Part shown: piece after piece, positions 1-10,324 of the stretch
How the letters are laid out: each line of letters begins with the position of its first letter
Position numbering within the stretch: position 1 is the stretch's first letter
Source: Vampirovibrionales bacterium
GTDB lineage: Bacteria > Cyanobacteriota > Vampirovibrionia > Vampirovibrionales > JAGQHJ01
Direction of reading: 5' to 3'
NCBI GenBank assembly: GCA_025449835.1
Contig: JANWIO010000059.1
Coordinates: 1 to 57,975 of the forward strand
Length of the DNA stretch: 57,975 bases
Program-made: the position numbers and the translations under genes
The notes under the pieces: model-generated
What the model saw: the letters and a program-made list of their open reading frames with translations, nothing else
The model's database searches: none
What the model was told of the DNA's origin: nothing

Positions 1-321
1 AACGACTGGGAAACAGTTCTGGAAGAGCAAGATGTTGTTCAGTTTTTCCCAGTGGGTTTTCATCCACGGGGAGCCATTGCTTGGTGGCCCTTTTTAGTGG
101 CTGGGTTTTGCCAATTGGGACAGTTTCTCGATGCAATTTCAGTGTTTTTTCCAGGACGCTACGAGCTTTCGCTTCGGTGGGGGCGTTGTTGGCTGATTCG
201 AGGAATTAAGCGTGATGATGTCACGTTGTTGACATAAAGCCATGGTAGGGTTGGGAAATTGAGTCACATGTTCATCAAAAAAGTGGAAGTACAATCAATC
301 GGTGGGGATGAATAAAATTTA

Positions 322-1290
322 ATGTATGTTCATAGAGCTTATCCGAAAATCCTCCAGCAGATGCCTGTATCTGCTAGGCCTAAGACTCAGTTGTGGAGCT
401 CAGAGCGTTTTCGGTTTTCACAAAACACTTTTTTTAATTTTGAGGGGCTTGATAGGGTTTTTAATGAGACAGGCTACCTGTCGAAGTGGAAAAAAGGGAG
501 TGCTATCCCTATTAATGGGCCTGTTGCAACAGAAAGCAGTTGGAATTACTTTTCACCTTCCTTGAAGCAAGAAATTTTGCCTTTTTTAAACAAAGATGCC
601 ATCCCGACCTTGGCAAAAATGTTGAAAAGAAAAAAATTAGGGGTTCTGGAAGAAGCCTCGGATATTTGGAATGAAAGTATTGCCCTTGCAGCTATGGAGG
701 TGGGTGCTTTAGACAATCTCCAGCTTCAGCGTACTGTGGAGTCCGTTTATCGTAAATCGGATCCCTCGAACCTAGCGCATTGTATCCAGGAAGTGGCCTC
801 CAAAATATCGAATCGCTTTGCAGAACAATTTGCGCAACTGTCGGATTTATCGACTCCAGAGGTAAAGGAAATTTTAGCATTGCATTATATCCGATTGGCC
901 TCGTTGCAACAGGAAGGGCGCTTTAAAAATTTAAAAAAGGATACCCTGACCCAACTCTTAGGGGAGTATCAAGAGCTGATGGAAAAGTTACCAACGGCAC
1001 CTTTACGGAATCATTTAAGAGATCTTCGTAAATATATGAAAAAAGGGCAAAAAATTTCGCCCAATCTCAAGCTGATTCAAGAAGGGTTAATTCAGATTTT
1101 GAGAGAAAGCTTGGGTAAAAAGGTGTCTGTTCAGCAGATGAATCAATTTTTGCAGGTGAAACACCGTTTGCGCCGAGGGTTACACCTTGTTCGCATTAAA
1201 GGGGAAAAGATTGATTATGATCGTCGTAAAGAGATGACCAAACCCTTTGAAGCCCTTGCTGAAGCGCAAATTGCCAACAACTGTTCTTAG
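322..1290 (+). CDS. Hypothetical protein (322 aa, basic, helical)
   Basis: Long ORF filling the space before the convergent murT; no family motif recognised. Confidence 0.7.
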   Translation: MYVHRAYPKILQQMPVSARPKTQLWSSERFRFSQNTFFNFEGLDRVFNETGYLSKWKKGSAIPINGPVATESSWNYFSPSLKQEILPFLNKDAIPTLAKMLKRKKLGVLEEASDIWNESIALAAMEVGALDNLQLQRTVESVYRKSDPSNLAHCIQEVASKISNRFAEQFAQLSDLSTPEVKEILALHYIRLASLQQEGRFKNLKKDTLTQLLGEYQELMEKLPTAPLRNHLRDLRKYMKKGQKISPNLKLIQEGLIQILRESLGKKVSVQQMNQFLQVKHRLRRGLHLVRIKGEKIDYDRRKEMTKPFEALAEAQIANNCS

Positions 1291-2654
1291 CGACTCCCCA
1301 ATGCTTTGCTCAGCTGAAGGAGGGCCGTATAGGTGGGTAAGATGTACAGCGTTTCATCGGTTGATGTTTCATTTAATCCCTGTTGAAAGGCTTTTAGGAT
1401 ATCGGGTTTTGTTTTAATCTGGTTGACAGGGACACCTGCATACTGAAGTCGTACAGCCATATCTTCAGCACGGTGCCCAGAAACGATAATTGGTTTGGAG
1501 GATTGCGCCAACAACTCAAAAGGGGCATCCCACAGCCAAGAGATATCCCTACCATCGGCATAATTATCATTAATCATAATGACAATACGGCTTTTAGGGT
1601 CAGCAGTAACCACTTTCAGGACTTCTGTTGCACCAATCGGGTTTTTAATCAGCAGAATCATGACGGATTTTCCTTGGATGTGTCGTTTTTCTGCCCGACC
1701 AAAAATACTATGGTAACTGGAAACCCCTTGCTCAATGGTTTGGGTGGGAATTTGAAGCCAACTTGCTGTAACCGTTGCTGCCAAAAGATTATATGCATTA
1801 AACAAACCAGGGAGGTCTAAGCAAATAGGGTCAAACGGTTGACCCTCGCACTGAAATTGGATCTGACTCTCATTGGCGGAAATATCAATATTTTCTGCTT
1901 CTAACCAGGGTGCCGGACGCTTAAACTTACAATTTGGGCATTCATAATGCCCTAAATGGCCATAAAGCACCTTGGTATAGTAAAGCGGCGCTTGGCATAA
2001 GGGGCAATCGGTCACTTCTTGAGGAAATTCTACGGGAAAATCAAGGGATAACGTTTTGGGGTAGGAAACGTTGTTGACCCCATAGTAAATAACGCGATCA
2101 GGGGGAAAATGCTGTCCAATACTGGCGACCATCGGGTCGTCTGCGTTTAAGGCCAGCATGCCACCGCCTAAACGAATTCCTTCTTGGATCAGCTTTGCTG
2201 TGGTATTCAGTTCTCCGTATCGGTCCAATTGATCCCGAAATAAATTGGTAACCACAGTAAGGTGAGGGTGAATGACCTTGGCAATACCCGGTAGTGAAGC
2301 TTCATCCACTTCAATCACCCCGTAATCGGCATCGAGTTTACCGCAAAAGTGACTTTCTAACAGTAAAGCTGCCGTAATCCCTGGGAGCATATTGGCCCCC
2401 AATTGGTTATGAACCACTTTGTACCCACCAGCTTCAATAAAAGCAGAGAGTAATCCTGCGGTGGTGCTTTTTCCATTGGTCCCTGTGATGGCAACCGTTT
2501 TTTCTCGAATTTGATTACCCAGGCGCCCTAAAAGATTATTATCCAGCTTTAAAGCGACTTTGCCAGGCAGGGATGTTCCGGATCCAACTTTAAAGGTTCG
2601 AACCAGTTGAGCACTGAGTTTTCCGGCAGTCACCGCAAGGGTGGTTTTAAGCAT
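1287..2654 (-). CDS. murT: MurT-family Mur ligase (lipid II isoglutaminyl synthase subunit, DUF1727)
   Basis: GTSLPG N-terminus, TGTNGKST P-loop, EVDEA, NLFRDQLDRYGE, CPLC..CPNC zinc insert, LIKNP and DGRDISWLWD motifs. Confidence 0.9.
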   Translation of the reverse strand: MLKTTLAVTAGKLSAQLVRTFKVGSGTSLPGKVALKLDNNLLGRLGNQIREKTVAITGTNGKSTTAGLLSAFIEAGGYKVVHNQLGANMLPGITAALLLESHFCGKLDADYGVIEVDEASLPGIAKVIHPHLTVVTNLFRDQLDRYGELNTTAKLIQEGIRLGGGMLALNADDPMVASIGQHFPPDRVIYYGVNNVSYPKTLSLDFPVEFPQEVTDCPLCQAPLYYTKVLYGHLGHYECPNCKFKRPAPWLEAENIDISANESQIQFQCEGQPFDPICLDLPGLFNAYNLLAATVTASWLQIPTQTIEQGVSSYHSIFGRAEKRHIQGKSVMILLIKNPIGATEVLKVVTADPKSRIVIMINDNYADGRDISWLWDAPFELLAQSSKPIIVSGHRAEDMAVRLQYAGVPVNQIKTKPDILKAFQQGLNETSTDETLYILPTYTALLQLSKALGSR

Positions 2655-3846
2655 GGGTAGTGGTGGGTTGCTTGGTGTTTGTAAATTGGATACCTTGGGC
2701 TTTCAGGCGACGAATGGCTTCTTCAATCCGGCTTTCATTCTGGGTAAGCGCAACCCGGAAAAAGCCTGTGCCTGCTTCGCCGTAACCTGTCCCAGGGGCC
2801 ACCACAATATCGCATTTATCCAGGAGTAAGGCCACAAACTCAACATCACTATAGCCGGAAGGAACGGGAACCCACAGATAAAAAGTGGCTTTGTTGGGTG
2901 GAAAATCCCAGCCCATTTCATTAAGCCCTTTTACAAAAATATCCCGACGCTTTGCATAGAGGGTATTCAGATTTGCGAGTAGTTCATCAGAACGGTTTAA
3001 ACCGGCAATGGCTGCCTTTTGAATGGCTTTAAAAACACCACTATCGCAGTTGTTTTTAATCAAGCCTAATGCATCCAGGGCAGACTGGTTGCCAACGGCA
3101 AATCCTACCCGCCAACCGGTCATGTTGTACATTTTACTGAGGCTAAACATTTCAATACAAACCGATTTAGCGCCAGGGGCTTCTAAAAAGCTGGGGGCCC
3201 GATAGCCATCAAAGGTCATCTCAGAGTAGGCATAGTCATGGCAGAGCAAAATCTCGTTTTCTTTACAGAATGCAATGGTTTCAGCAATAAAATCGGGTGA
3301 TGCAAGGCTCCCTGTTGGGTTGTTTGGATAATTTAAGAACAGGAGCTTGGCCCGTTTTGCGATGTCAGATGGAATTTTTGAATAATCGGGTAAAAAATTG
3401 TTTTCAGGACGTAAAGGAATGGTATAAGGCTCTCCACCACAGAGAATGGTGAAATTACGATAAACAGGATAGCCTGGTGAAGGGACTAAAACCACATCTC
3501 CTGGATCAACGTAGGCCATGATTAAGTGAGCAATCCCCTCTTTAGAACCAATGAGTGACATCACCTCTGTTTCAGGATTGACGTCCACACCAAAACGGTT
3601 TTTCATCCACTGAGATGCTGCGGTACGGTATTCAAGGGTGCCACGGTAAGGCGGATAATTATGAGTTGAAGCATCATCAATAGCCTCATGCATGGCCTCT
3701 AAAATAGGCTGTGGCGTAGGGAGATCAGGATCCCCAATCCCGAGGTTGATAATATCTCGGCCTTGGGCTTTGGCCGCATCAATTTTTTTATCCAGTTCTG
3801 CAAACAAATAGGGAGGGATTTGCGTCAATTTTTGTGAGGGGCGCAT
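2647..3846 (-). CDS. dapL: LL-diaminopimelate aminotransferase (class I/II PLP enzyme)
   Basis: PPYLFAELD, LGIGDPD, LIGSKEG, NYPNNPTG, DYAYSE, SLSKMYNMTGWRVG. Confidence 0.8.
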   Translation of the reverse strand: MRPSQKLTQIPPYLFAELDKKIDAAKAQGRDIINLGIGDPDLPTPQPILEAMHEAIDDASTHNYPPYRGTLEYRTAASQWMKNRFGVDVNPETEVMSLIGSKEGIAHLIMAYVDPGDVVLVPSPGYPVYRNFTILCGGEPYTIPLRPENNFLPDYSKIPSDIAKRAKLLFLNYPNNPTGSLASPDFIAETIAFCKENEILLCHDYAYSEMTFDGYRAPSFLEAPGAKSVCIEMFSLSKMYNMTGWRVGFAVGNQSALDALGLIKNNCDSGVFKAIQKAAIAGLNRSDELLANLNTLYAKRRDIFVKGLNEMGWDFPPNKATFYLWVPVPSGYSDVEFVALLLDKCDIVVAPGTGYGEAGTGFFRVALTQNESRIEEAIRRLKAQGIQFTNTKQPTTTHA

Positions 3847-3948
3847 CGGTTTTTATCCTTTTTGCTGATTAACTTCTATCTGGAGAACCTTTTCATCTTA
3901 TGATAGCTTGAATGTTAGCATAAATATAACGCCCTTGGAAACTATTCC

Positions 3949-4704
3949 GTGAAGATTGACGTTGCCATTACACCGGCTTTGCTCCCCCATCTGGATCTTT
4001 TGGATTCCATTGTGGTTGCTGTGGACGTATTAAGAGCAACGAGTAGTATGATTGTGGCATTTGAGAAAGGTGTTTCTCAGATTTATCCTGTCGAAACCGT
4101 TGAAGAAGCAATCAGTTTATCTCTGAAAATTTCAGAGAGCCTCTTGGTTGGAGAGGTTTCGAGTGTAAAACCAGTAGAATTTCAGTATGATAATTCTCCG
4201 GTGGCCCTTTATCACGCCGAGGATTTGGCTGGAAAAAGCCTGGTGATGCGAACCACCAATGGAACCGCTTTGCTAAAGCAATTGACTGCATTGGGTGTCC
4301 CGCAAGCCTATATTGGGAGCTTTTTAAACCTTCAGGATTTGTTACGTGTCCTTCAAGCTTACGAAAAGCCTATCTGTATCTGCTGTGCCGGGAATAGTGG
4401 TGAGGTGAGTGTTGAAGATTTGGGATTTGCCGGGGCCTTTGTGAGAGAATGGACTCAATTAAGGCAAAATGCTGAACTGACGGATGCTGCCAACGTGGCT
4501 TTAAGTCTGTGGGAAAATGTTGAGCAGAGTGTTGATGTTTTATTTTCAAGATCAACCCATGCCGAAAAACTGGAAGCCTTGGGACGAACGTCGGATCTGG
4601 TATTTATTGCCGAAAAAACGATTCCCTACGTGCCAGTATTTTTCTCCAAAGAAGGTGTTATAACCCTTCTACAAACAGAACAAAGAGTAGGACAGTTATT
4701 GTAA
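3949..4704 (+). CDS. comB: 2-phosphosulfolactate phosphatase family protein
   Basis: VDVLRATSS, DNSP, TTNGT, CAG..S.ED motifs. Confidence 0.85.
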   Translation: MKIDVAITPALLPHLDLLDSIVVAVDVLRATSSMIVAFEKGVSQIYPVETVEEAISLSLKISESLLVGEVSSVKPVEFQYDNSPVALYHAEDLAGKSLVMRTTNGTALLKQLTALGVPQAYIGSFLNLQDLLRVLQAYEKPICICCAGNSGEVSVEDLGFAGAFVREWTQLRQNAELTDAANVALSLWENVEQSVDVLFSRSTHAEKLEALGRTSDLVFIAEKTIPYVPVFFSKEGVITLLQTEQRVGQLL

Positions 4705-5591
4705 TGGTTAAAACACTGATGCGAACTTCTATTACCCTTACCCTGGTCTCTGATGAAAAGGCCACCTTTCTAGAGGAGATGCTCTGGACCCTGGATGGGG
4801 TTGAAAGTGTTACCTATCGATTAGATGGCGAAGAGTATTTTCAGGGTCTCCAAGTGATTGGAAACGCTCCAAATCTCTTGTCGCAGATTCAACAGCTTTG
4901 TGAAGAATATGGCTTGCAGCAAGCCGTGAGTATCCAGCCCCCTGTTGAGATCTCTGAAGCGGATTGGGCGGAGTGTTGGAAGCAATATTGGCATGTCAAT
5001 CGAATATTGCCGCATTTGGTGATTCAGCCGAGTTGGGAGCCCTTTACACCATTACCGAAGGATATTGTTTTAAAACTGGATCCGGGTTCAGCCTTTGGGA
5101 CAGGGACTCATGACACAACCCAATTGATGTTGTTTGTGTTAAACGAAATCATGCATTCTGCTGGGTCAAAACCTCAAAATCTTTTGGATGTGGGGACAGG
5201 GTCGGGAATTTTAGCTATCTATGGGGCTAAGCTGGGTATTTCAGATTGTGTGGCCATTGACAATGATTCCCATGCTGTGGATGTTGCTTGCGAAAATATT
5301 GCGTTAAATGGTGTCGCAGAACAAATTACCGGATCAACGCAAACGGTGGGTGAGATGGCGGGACAAAAACAATTTGACTTGGTGCTGGCCAATATTTTGA
5401 CACCCATTCTAAAAGACTTAATGCCGGATTTCGAGAAGGTTTTGTCACCACAAGGGATTTTGGTGATGAGTGGGATTACCCGTCGCCAATCCCCACAAAT
5501 TTTAGAAAGCATGCAAATCTATCATTTAGATTTAGTAAGGTTTATTCAGAAAGGGGATTGGGTTGCCCTTGTCTGTAAAAAGAAATCCTAA
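4704..5591 (+). CDS. prmA: Ribosomal protein L11 methyltransferase
   Basis: DW...WK, LDPGSAFGTGTHDTT, LDVGTGSGIL, ANIL. Confidence 0.95.
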   Translation: MVKTLMRTSITLTLVSDEKATFLEEMLWTLDGVESVTYRLDGEEYFQGLQVIGNAPNLLSQIQQLCEEYGLQQAVSIQPPVEISEADWAECWKQYWHVNRILPHLVIQPSWEPFTPLPKDIVLKLDPGSAFGTGTHDTTQLMLFVLNEIMHSAGSKPQNLLDVGTGSGILAIYGAKLGISDCVAIDNDSHAVDVACENIALNGVAEQITGSTQTVGEMAGQKQFDLVLANILTPILKDLMPDFEKVLSPQGILVMSGITRRQSPQILESMQIYHLDLVRFIQKGDWVALVCKKKS

Positions 5592-6360
5592 TCTGCATTG
5601 GTTTTTTGCTCGATTTTTGGTGCCATTAGGCTCTTTGCCAGCAACGGTTAAGCTCAATGATCCGGAGTTGGCCCACCATTTAAAAAATGTGATGCGACTG
5701 AAGCCGGGTGAAAAGCTTGTGTTGGTTGATGAACTTGAGAAACAACCTTATCTCTCTCAGATAGAAGCGCTTCAAAATCAACACGTTACGGTAACCGTCA
5801 TTCAGGCCCTGCCTGTAAATGTATCAGATGTCTCAACCTCTGTTGTTGCGGCAGTGTGCTTAATTAAAGGCCCGCGATGGGATTGGATGCTTCAAAAACT
5901 CACAGAACTGGGGATTTCTGAGATTATTCCTGTCATTTCAGAACGGACAATTATTGATGTGAAGAAGCCTGAAACAAAGCTTGAGCGATGGTCTCAAATT
6001 TTAAAAAATGCGGCTGAACAATCTGAGCGGGTTTTTATTCCCAAAATACGTCCACCCCTGTCTTTGACAGCTTTTGTTTCTCAGGCGCAACAGGAAAAGC
6101 GTTTATTAAAGCTGGTGGCCTCAGAACATGCCACGGTTCCACTTTCCCAGGCACTCCAGGGACGTGCAGATTATGGGAAAATGCTTTTTGTGGTGGGGCC
6201 GGAGGGGGGATGGAGCGATGCTGAATTGGGGCTGCTCCAAGACGGTGGTTTCCAATCTGTGAGCTTGGGTGATAAGATCCTCCGCAGTGAAACAGCTGCT
6301 TTGTATCTCGCAACCGTAGGTCATTATGTTACCTTTAAACCCCCTCATGAATCCCCTTGA
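5563..6360 (+). CDS. rsmE: 16S rRNA m3U1498 methyltransferase (start uncertain)
   Basis: HHLKNVMRLKPG, KLTELG, AAEQSER, VGPEGGWS, LGDKILRSETA; follows prmA. Confidence 0.95.
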   Translation: MPLSVKRNPNLHWFFARFLVPLGSLPATVKLNDPELAHHLKNVMRLKPGEKLVLVDELEKQPYLSQIEALQNQHVTVTVIQALPVNVSDVSTSVVAAVCLIKGPRWDWMLQKLTELGISEIIPVISERTIIDVKKPETKLERWSQILKNAAEQSERVFIPKIRPPLSLTAFVSQAQQEKRLLKLVASEHATVPLSQALQGRADYGKMLFVVGPEGGWSDAELGLLQDGGFQSVSLGDKILRSETAALYLATVGHYVTFKPPHESP

Positions 6361-7777
6361 TTTTGAGAGACGCTTTCAAGAAGTGCCTCAAGTTCAAGCG
6401 TTCTTGGAAGTTTGCCGCCAACATCAAGTGAAACCCTACCTGGTGGGGGGGGCTGTTCGAGATCTCCTTTATCAGGATATCTTGAGCAAGGATTTGGATG
6501 TTGTCGTCCCCGTTGAAGCTGCAAAAAGTATTGCAACAGCCCTTTCAGAGGTTTTGGATGCCAAGCTCATCTGCTTGGATGAGCAGTATCAGATTTATCG
6601 ACTGATAATTTTTCCCCAGATTGATATGATAGACATTGCAGGCTGTATGGGGGAGACCATTGAGCAGGATTTAAGGCGTCGGGATTTAACCATCAATGCC
6701 ATCGCTTATGATTTTGAGACGAAGGCGATTTTAGATCCCCTGGGCGGTCAGGACGATTTGGCTCATGGCATGATTCGGATGGTGGACGAGAAAAACCTCT
6801 TGGATGATCCCTTACGCTTACTTCGGGTGTTTCGGATTGGGGCGGATTTAGGATTTACGGAAATTGAACCTAAGACGCTAGAAGCAGTGACTCGCCATGG
6901 GGAAAAGTTGATTCATGCATCCTCAGAGCGGATTCACTATGAATTGATGCGGTTGTTTTCAGCGCCGTTGTGCTATTCCCATCTTAGAACAATGGGAAAA
7001 TGTGGCCTGTTAGAAACGATTTTCCCGGAGCTTTCGCCAACCCGTCAGATCCCTGCCAATTTCTATCATCATTTGGGGCTGTTTGATCATACCTTAGAAC
7101 TCTTACATCAACTGGAAGTGCATTTTCAGGATCTCCCCCAACCCATCCAAGGGGATCTGTTGAAGCCCATCAACCCGTTTACCAAGCGGATTGCCTTGGT
7201 TCGCCTGGCCTGCTTGTTTCATGACATTGGAAAGCCCGCCACTATGGAGTATGATGCCGAAATCCAAAAATACAAGTTTTACGGCCATGATCTCGTCTCT
7301 GCAGAAATGACCTGGGGCATTGCCCAACGTTTGCCTTGGGGAAAAGAGGTGACCAAAACCATTTGCCAGTTGGTTCGGTGGCATCTTTACCCTGGTGATT
7401 TGATTAAGCCGGGTATAACACCCAAAGGGTATCGGAAATTTTTTAGGCGTTTAGGGCCAGTTTTAACGGAGCTTATCCCGGTGGCCATTGCGGATCGCTT
7501 TAGTGCGCAAGGCCCTGCCATTTCAAAAGCCGATTTAGAAGCCTCTAAAGCAGGACTTATTGGTTTATGGCATCAATACCAAGACTTTTTGGTAGCTGAG
7601 CAACAAAAAACCAATTTATTAACCGGTAAAGACGTAATAATGCACCTCAAATTAGAACCAGGGCCTCAGGTTGGCGACATTTTAGAGGCTGTTCAAGAGG
7701 CGTATTTAAATGGTGAACTTAACACCAAAGATGAAGCCCTGACCTGGATTAAAGCGCATTACGCAACGTTACATTAA
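6326..7777 (+). CDS. Class II tRNA nucleotidyltransferase with HD domain (probably CC-adding)
   Basis: YLVGGAVRD, DLD, DLRRRDLTINA, DDPLRLLR, ERIHYEL, HDIGKP, FYGHD. Confidence 0.9.
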   Translation: MLPLNPLMNPLDFERRFQEVPQVQAFLEVCRQHQVKPYLVGGAVRDLLYQDILSKDLDVVVPVEAAKSIATALSEVLDAKLICLDEQYQIYRLIIFPQIDMIDIAGCMGETIEQDLRRRDLTINAIAYDFETKAILDPLGGQDDLAHGMIRMVDEKNLLDDPLRLLRVFRIGADLGFTEIEPKTLEAVTRHGEKLIHASSERIHYELMRLFSAPLCYSHLRTMGKCGLLETIFPELSPTRQIPANFYHHLGLFDHTLELLHQLEVHFQDLPQPIQGDLLKPINPFTKRIALVRLACLFHDIGKPATMEYDAEIQKYKFYGHDLVSAEMTWGIAQRLPWGKEVTKTICQLVRWHLYPGDLIKPGITPKGYRKFFRRLGPVLTELIPVAIADRFSAQGPAISKADLEASKAGLIGLWHQYQDFLVAEQQKTNLLTGKDVIMHLKLEPGPQVGDILEAVQEAYLNGELNTKDEALTWIKAHYATLH

Positions 7778-7786
7778 TTGATGATG

Positions 7787-8077
7787 TTAGACAGACTTTT
7801 GAGCGGCTTCTGCAATTCTTAATTCGGGGTAATATTGAGCGACTTGGCCCAAAGCGTGTTTTGCTCGATCCTGGGTGCCTTGAAGCGAGATATTTTGCAT
7901 GACGGGGCTTTTCTCTAATGGCAAAGCTGTGCCAAGGGATAATGAGTCGGTTTGGGGTTTCATTACGTTTTGAAATGCAACTTGGGTCTGCTTGTCAAAA
8001 GTTGGTTTTGAAACAGCTTTTTCCCCAGTGGTACCATTGGGACGCGAAAACGGTGAAAAATGGGCATTTATCGTCAT
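7787..8077 (-). CDS. Hypothetical protein (96 aa)
   Basis: ATG ORF with a GGGAG RBS-like sequence upstream in an otherwise empty interval. Confidence 0.55.
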   Translation of the reverse strand: MTINAHFSPFSRPNGTTGEKAVSKPTFDKQTQVAFQNVMKPQTDSLSLGTALPLEKSPVMQNISLQGTQDRAKHALGQVAQYYPELRIAEAAQKSV

Positions 8078-8491
8078 ACTGCAATCTCCCCTTGTTAATC
8101 GTTCTTCAATGTAAATCAGGAATAAAACGTCTCATGCTCCGCTTTCGAGCAGGCGTTGAGGTGTATTTTTGGGTTTAAAAAATTTTTTGCGACAAGCGAT
8201 AGAGACCTCCCCACCCATATAAAAACAATCTGAATTCTGTTTGTTGATAGTTTATGAAGGGGATGTTACATCGAGAAAACAGGATTTCCGTTGGAAGATC
8301 GTCATGCCTGTTTTATAAAGCTTTTTTCGTATTGAAAGTGGCTTTTTGCTTGATCTTAGGAGTTTTTTTGTCCTAACATAATGGGGATATGTTGAGACAA
8401 TGCCTTCACATTTCATTTTTTTTGAGAAATACTAATACGTTATCAATCGTTTCGTTAGAAAGCCAACATAACAAAAGAAGGTAGGTTATAT

Positions 8492-10324
8492 ATGGAAATC
8501 ACCAACCAGTTTTCGTGGATGATTGGCGGCCCGCAAGGAACAGGGGTGGATTCATCTGCCACCTTGTTTATTCGTTCTTGTGCAGTTGCTGGTTTAAACG
8601 TCTACGGAAAAAGAGAATACCACTCCAATATTATGGGAGAGCATAGCTACTTCCAGGTGCGTGTCAGTGAAAATCCTGTTCATTCCCATGTTGATCCGGT
8701 CCATTTACTTGCTACGTTTGATGATGAAACCGCCCGGATTCATGCCCATGAAGTGGTTCCCAATGGCTACTTTTTATATGACGCCAATGTGACCAAACCA
8801 GAAACTCTGGACTTACATCCAGATGTTAAAATCTTGGCCTTGCCTTATTCCCAAATTTTAGAAGAAGTTTCTGCTGAAACAGGCCAACCTTTAGCCAAGC
8901 TGCAAATTATGAAAAATACCATTGCTGTTGCAGCGTCTTTGGCAATGACATGCTTTGAAATTCAGTATATTGAAAAAGCCTTAAAAGGTATTTTTACGGG
9001 TGGCAAGGCAAAATTGGTGCCTTTAAACTTAAAAGTGGCCGAAAAAGCCTATGCTTGCATCACACAAGAAATTAAAAATGCATTTCCATATCGCTTGGTC
9101 GCCAAGCCCGATGCACCAGCTCAAATGATTGTCAATGGAACCACGGCTGTGGCACTCGGAAAATTAAAAGCAGGCTGCCGTTTTCAGTCGTATTACCCCA
9201 TTACCCCTGCCAGTGATGAAAGTGTCTATTTGGAATCTCACCCTGAGTATGGTGTAAACGTGGTTCAGTGCGAAGACGAAATCTCAGCTGTTTGTATGGC
9301 GGTCGGTGCCTCTTTAACAGGGGTTCGTGCTTCAACCTCTTCTTCCGGTCCTGGATTTGGTCTTAAAGCTGAAGGCCTTGGCTGGGCTGGTATTAATGAA
9401 GTGCCTGTTGTGGTTTTCAACTATCAACGGGGTGGCCCGTCTACCGGTTTGCCAACGCGGCATGAACAAGGTGACTTATTATTCAGCTTGTTTATCTGCC
9501 ACGGGGAGTATCCCAAAATCGTTGTGGCCCCTGGCGATATGACAGAGTGTTTCAACGATTCGTTTAATGCTTTTAACTATGCCGATCAATTCCAAACGCC
9601 GGTTATTGTTCTGTGTGATAAAGCATTGGCCAACAACACCGCATCCATTTTGCCTTTTGATGAAACCAATTTAAGAATTAACCGCGGAAAAAGGGCATCA
9701 GACGAATATCTGGCAGAATTGGCAAGTCGTCCTGATTTTAATGGCAAATATCCTCGGTTTGCAAATTCTGAAGATGGTGTTTCAACAAGATCATTGCCTG
9801 GTCAAGAAAATGGAATTTACTGGTGTACTGGTGATGAGCACGATGTCTATGGCCATATTTCAGAAGATCCTGAAAACCGGATTATGATGGATGACAAACG
9901 GATGCGTAAATTGGAACTTGCGGCTAAAACCATTCCACAAGATGAGCAATGGAAGCTGTATGGTCCAGAAAATGCAGACTATACCGTTGTAACCTGGGGA
10001 TCCACTAAAGGTCCGTTACTGGATGCACTGCCGATTCTTCAAAGCGATGGCATTTCCATCAACGTTCTTCAGATTCGGTTAATGAGTCCCTTCCCTGCTG
10101 AAGCGGTTTCTCAGATCTTGAATCGCGCCAAGGTTCGTATCGGTGTTGAACAAAACTTTACCGGTCAATTGGCGAAGATTGTTCGTATGGAAACAGGCAT
10201 TAAAATGGATCATATGGTTTCTAAGTACACCGGTCGTCCGATGTCGGAAACCGAGGTCGTTGCCGCTCTTAGAGAGATTACCAAGCAGAAAACAGAGAAA
10301 GTGGTGTTAACTTATGGTCACTAA
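8492..10324 (+). CDS. korA: 2-oxoacid:ferredoxin oxidoreductase alpha subunit (gamma-alpha fusion)
   Basis: GGPQGTGV, YYPITPAS, EDEI, SSSGPG, QRGGPSTGLPT. Confidence 0.93.
   Translation: MEITNQFSWMIGGPQGTGVDSSATLFIRSCAVAGLNVYGKREYHSNIMGEHSYFQVRVSENPVHSHVDPVHLLATFDDETARIHAHEVVPNGYFLYDANVTKPETLDLHPDVKILALPYSQILEEVSAETGQPLAKLQIMKNTIAVAASLAMTCFEIQYIEKALKGIFTGGKAKLVPLNLKVAEKAYACITQEIKNAFPYRLVAKPDAPAQMIVNGTTAVALGKLKAGCRFQSYYPITPASDESVYLESHPEYGVNVVQCEDEISAVCMAVGASLTGVRASTSSSGPGFGLKAEGLGWAGINEVPVVVFNYQRGGPSTGLPTRHEQGDLLFSLFICHGEYPKIVVAPGDMTECFNDSFNAFNYADQFQTPVIVLCDKALANNTASILPFDETNLRINRGKRASDEYLAELASRPDFNGKYPRFANSEDGVSTRSLPGQENGIYWCTGDEHDVYGHISEDPENRIMMDDKRMRKLELAAKTIPQDEQWKLYGPENADYTVVTWGSTKGPLLDALPILQSDGISINVLQIRLMSPFPAEAVSQILNRAKVRIGVEQNFTGQLAKIVRMETGIKMDHMVSKYTGRPMSETEVVAALREITKQKTEKVVLTYGH

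Noticed and set aside
52-237. 61-aa ORF at the window start
   Set aside because: No RBS or motif and atypical composition; the region cannot be interpreted at the window edge
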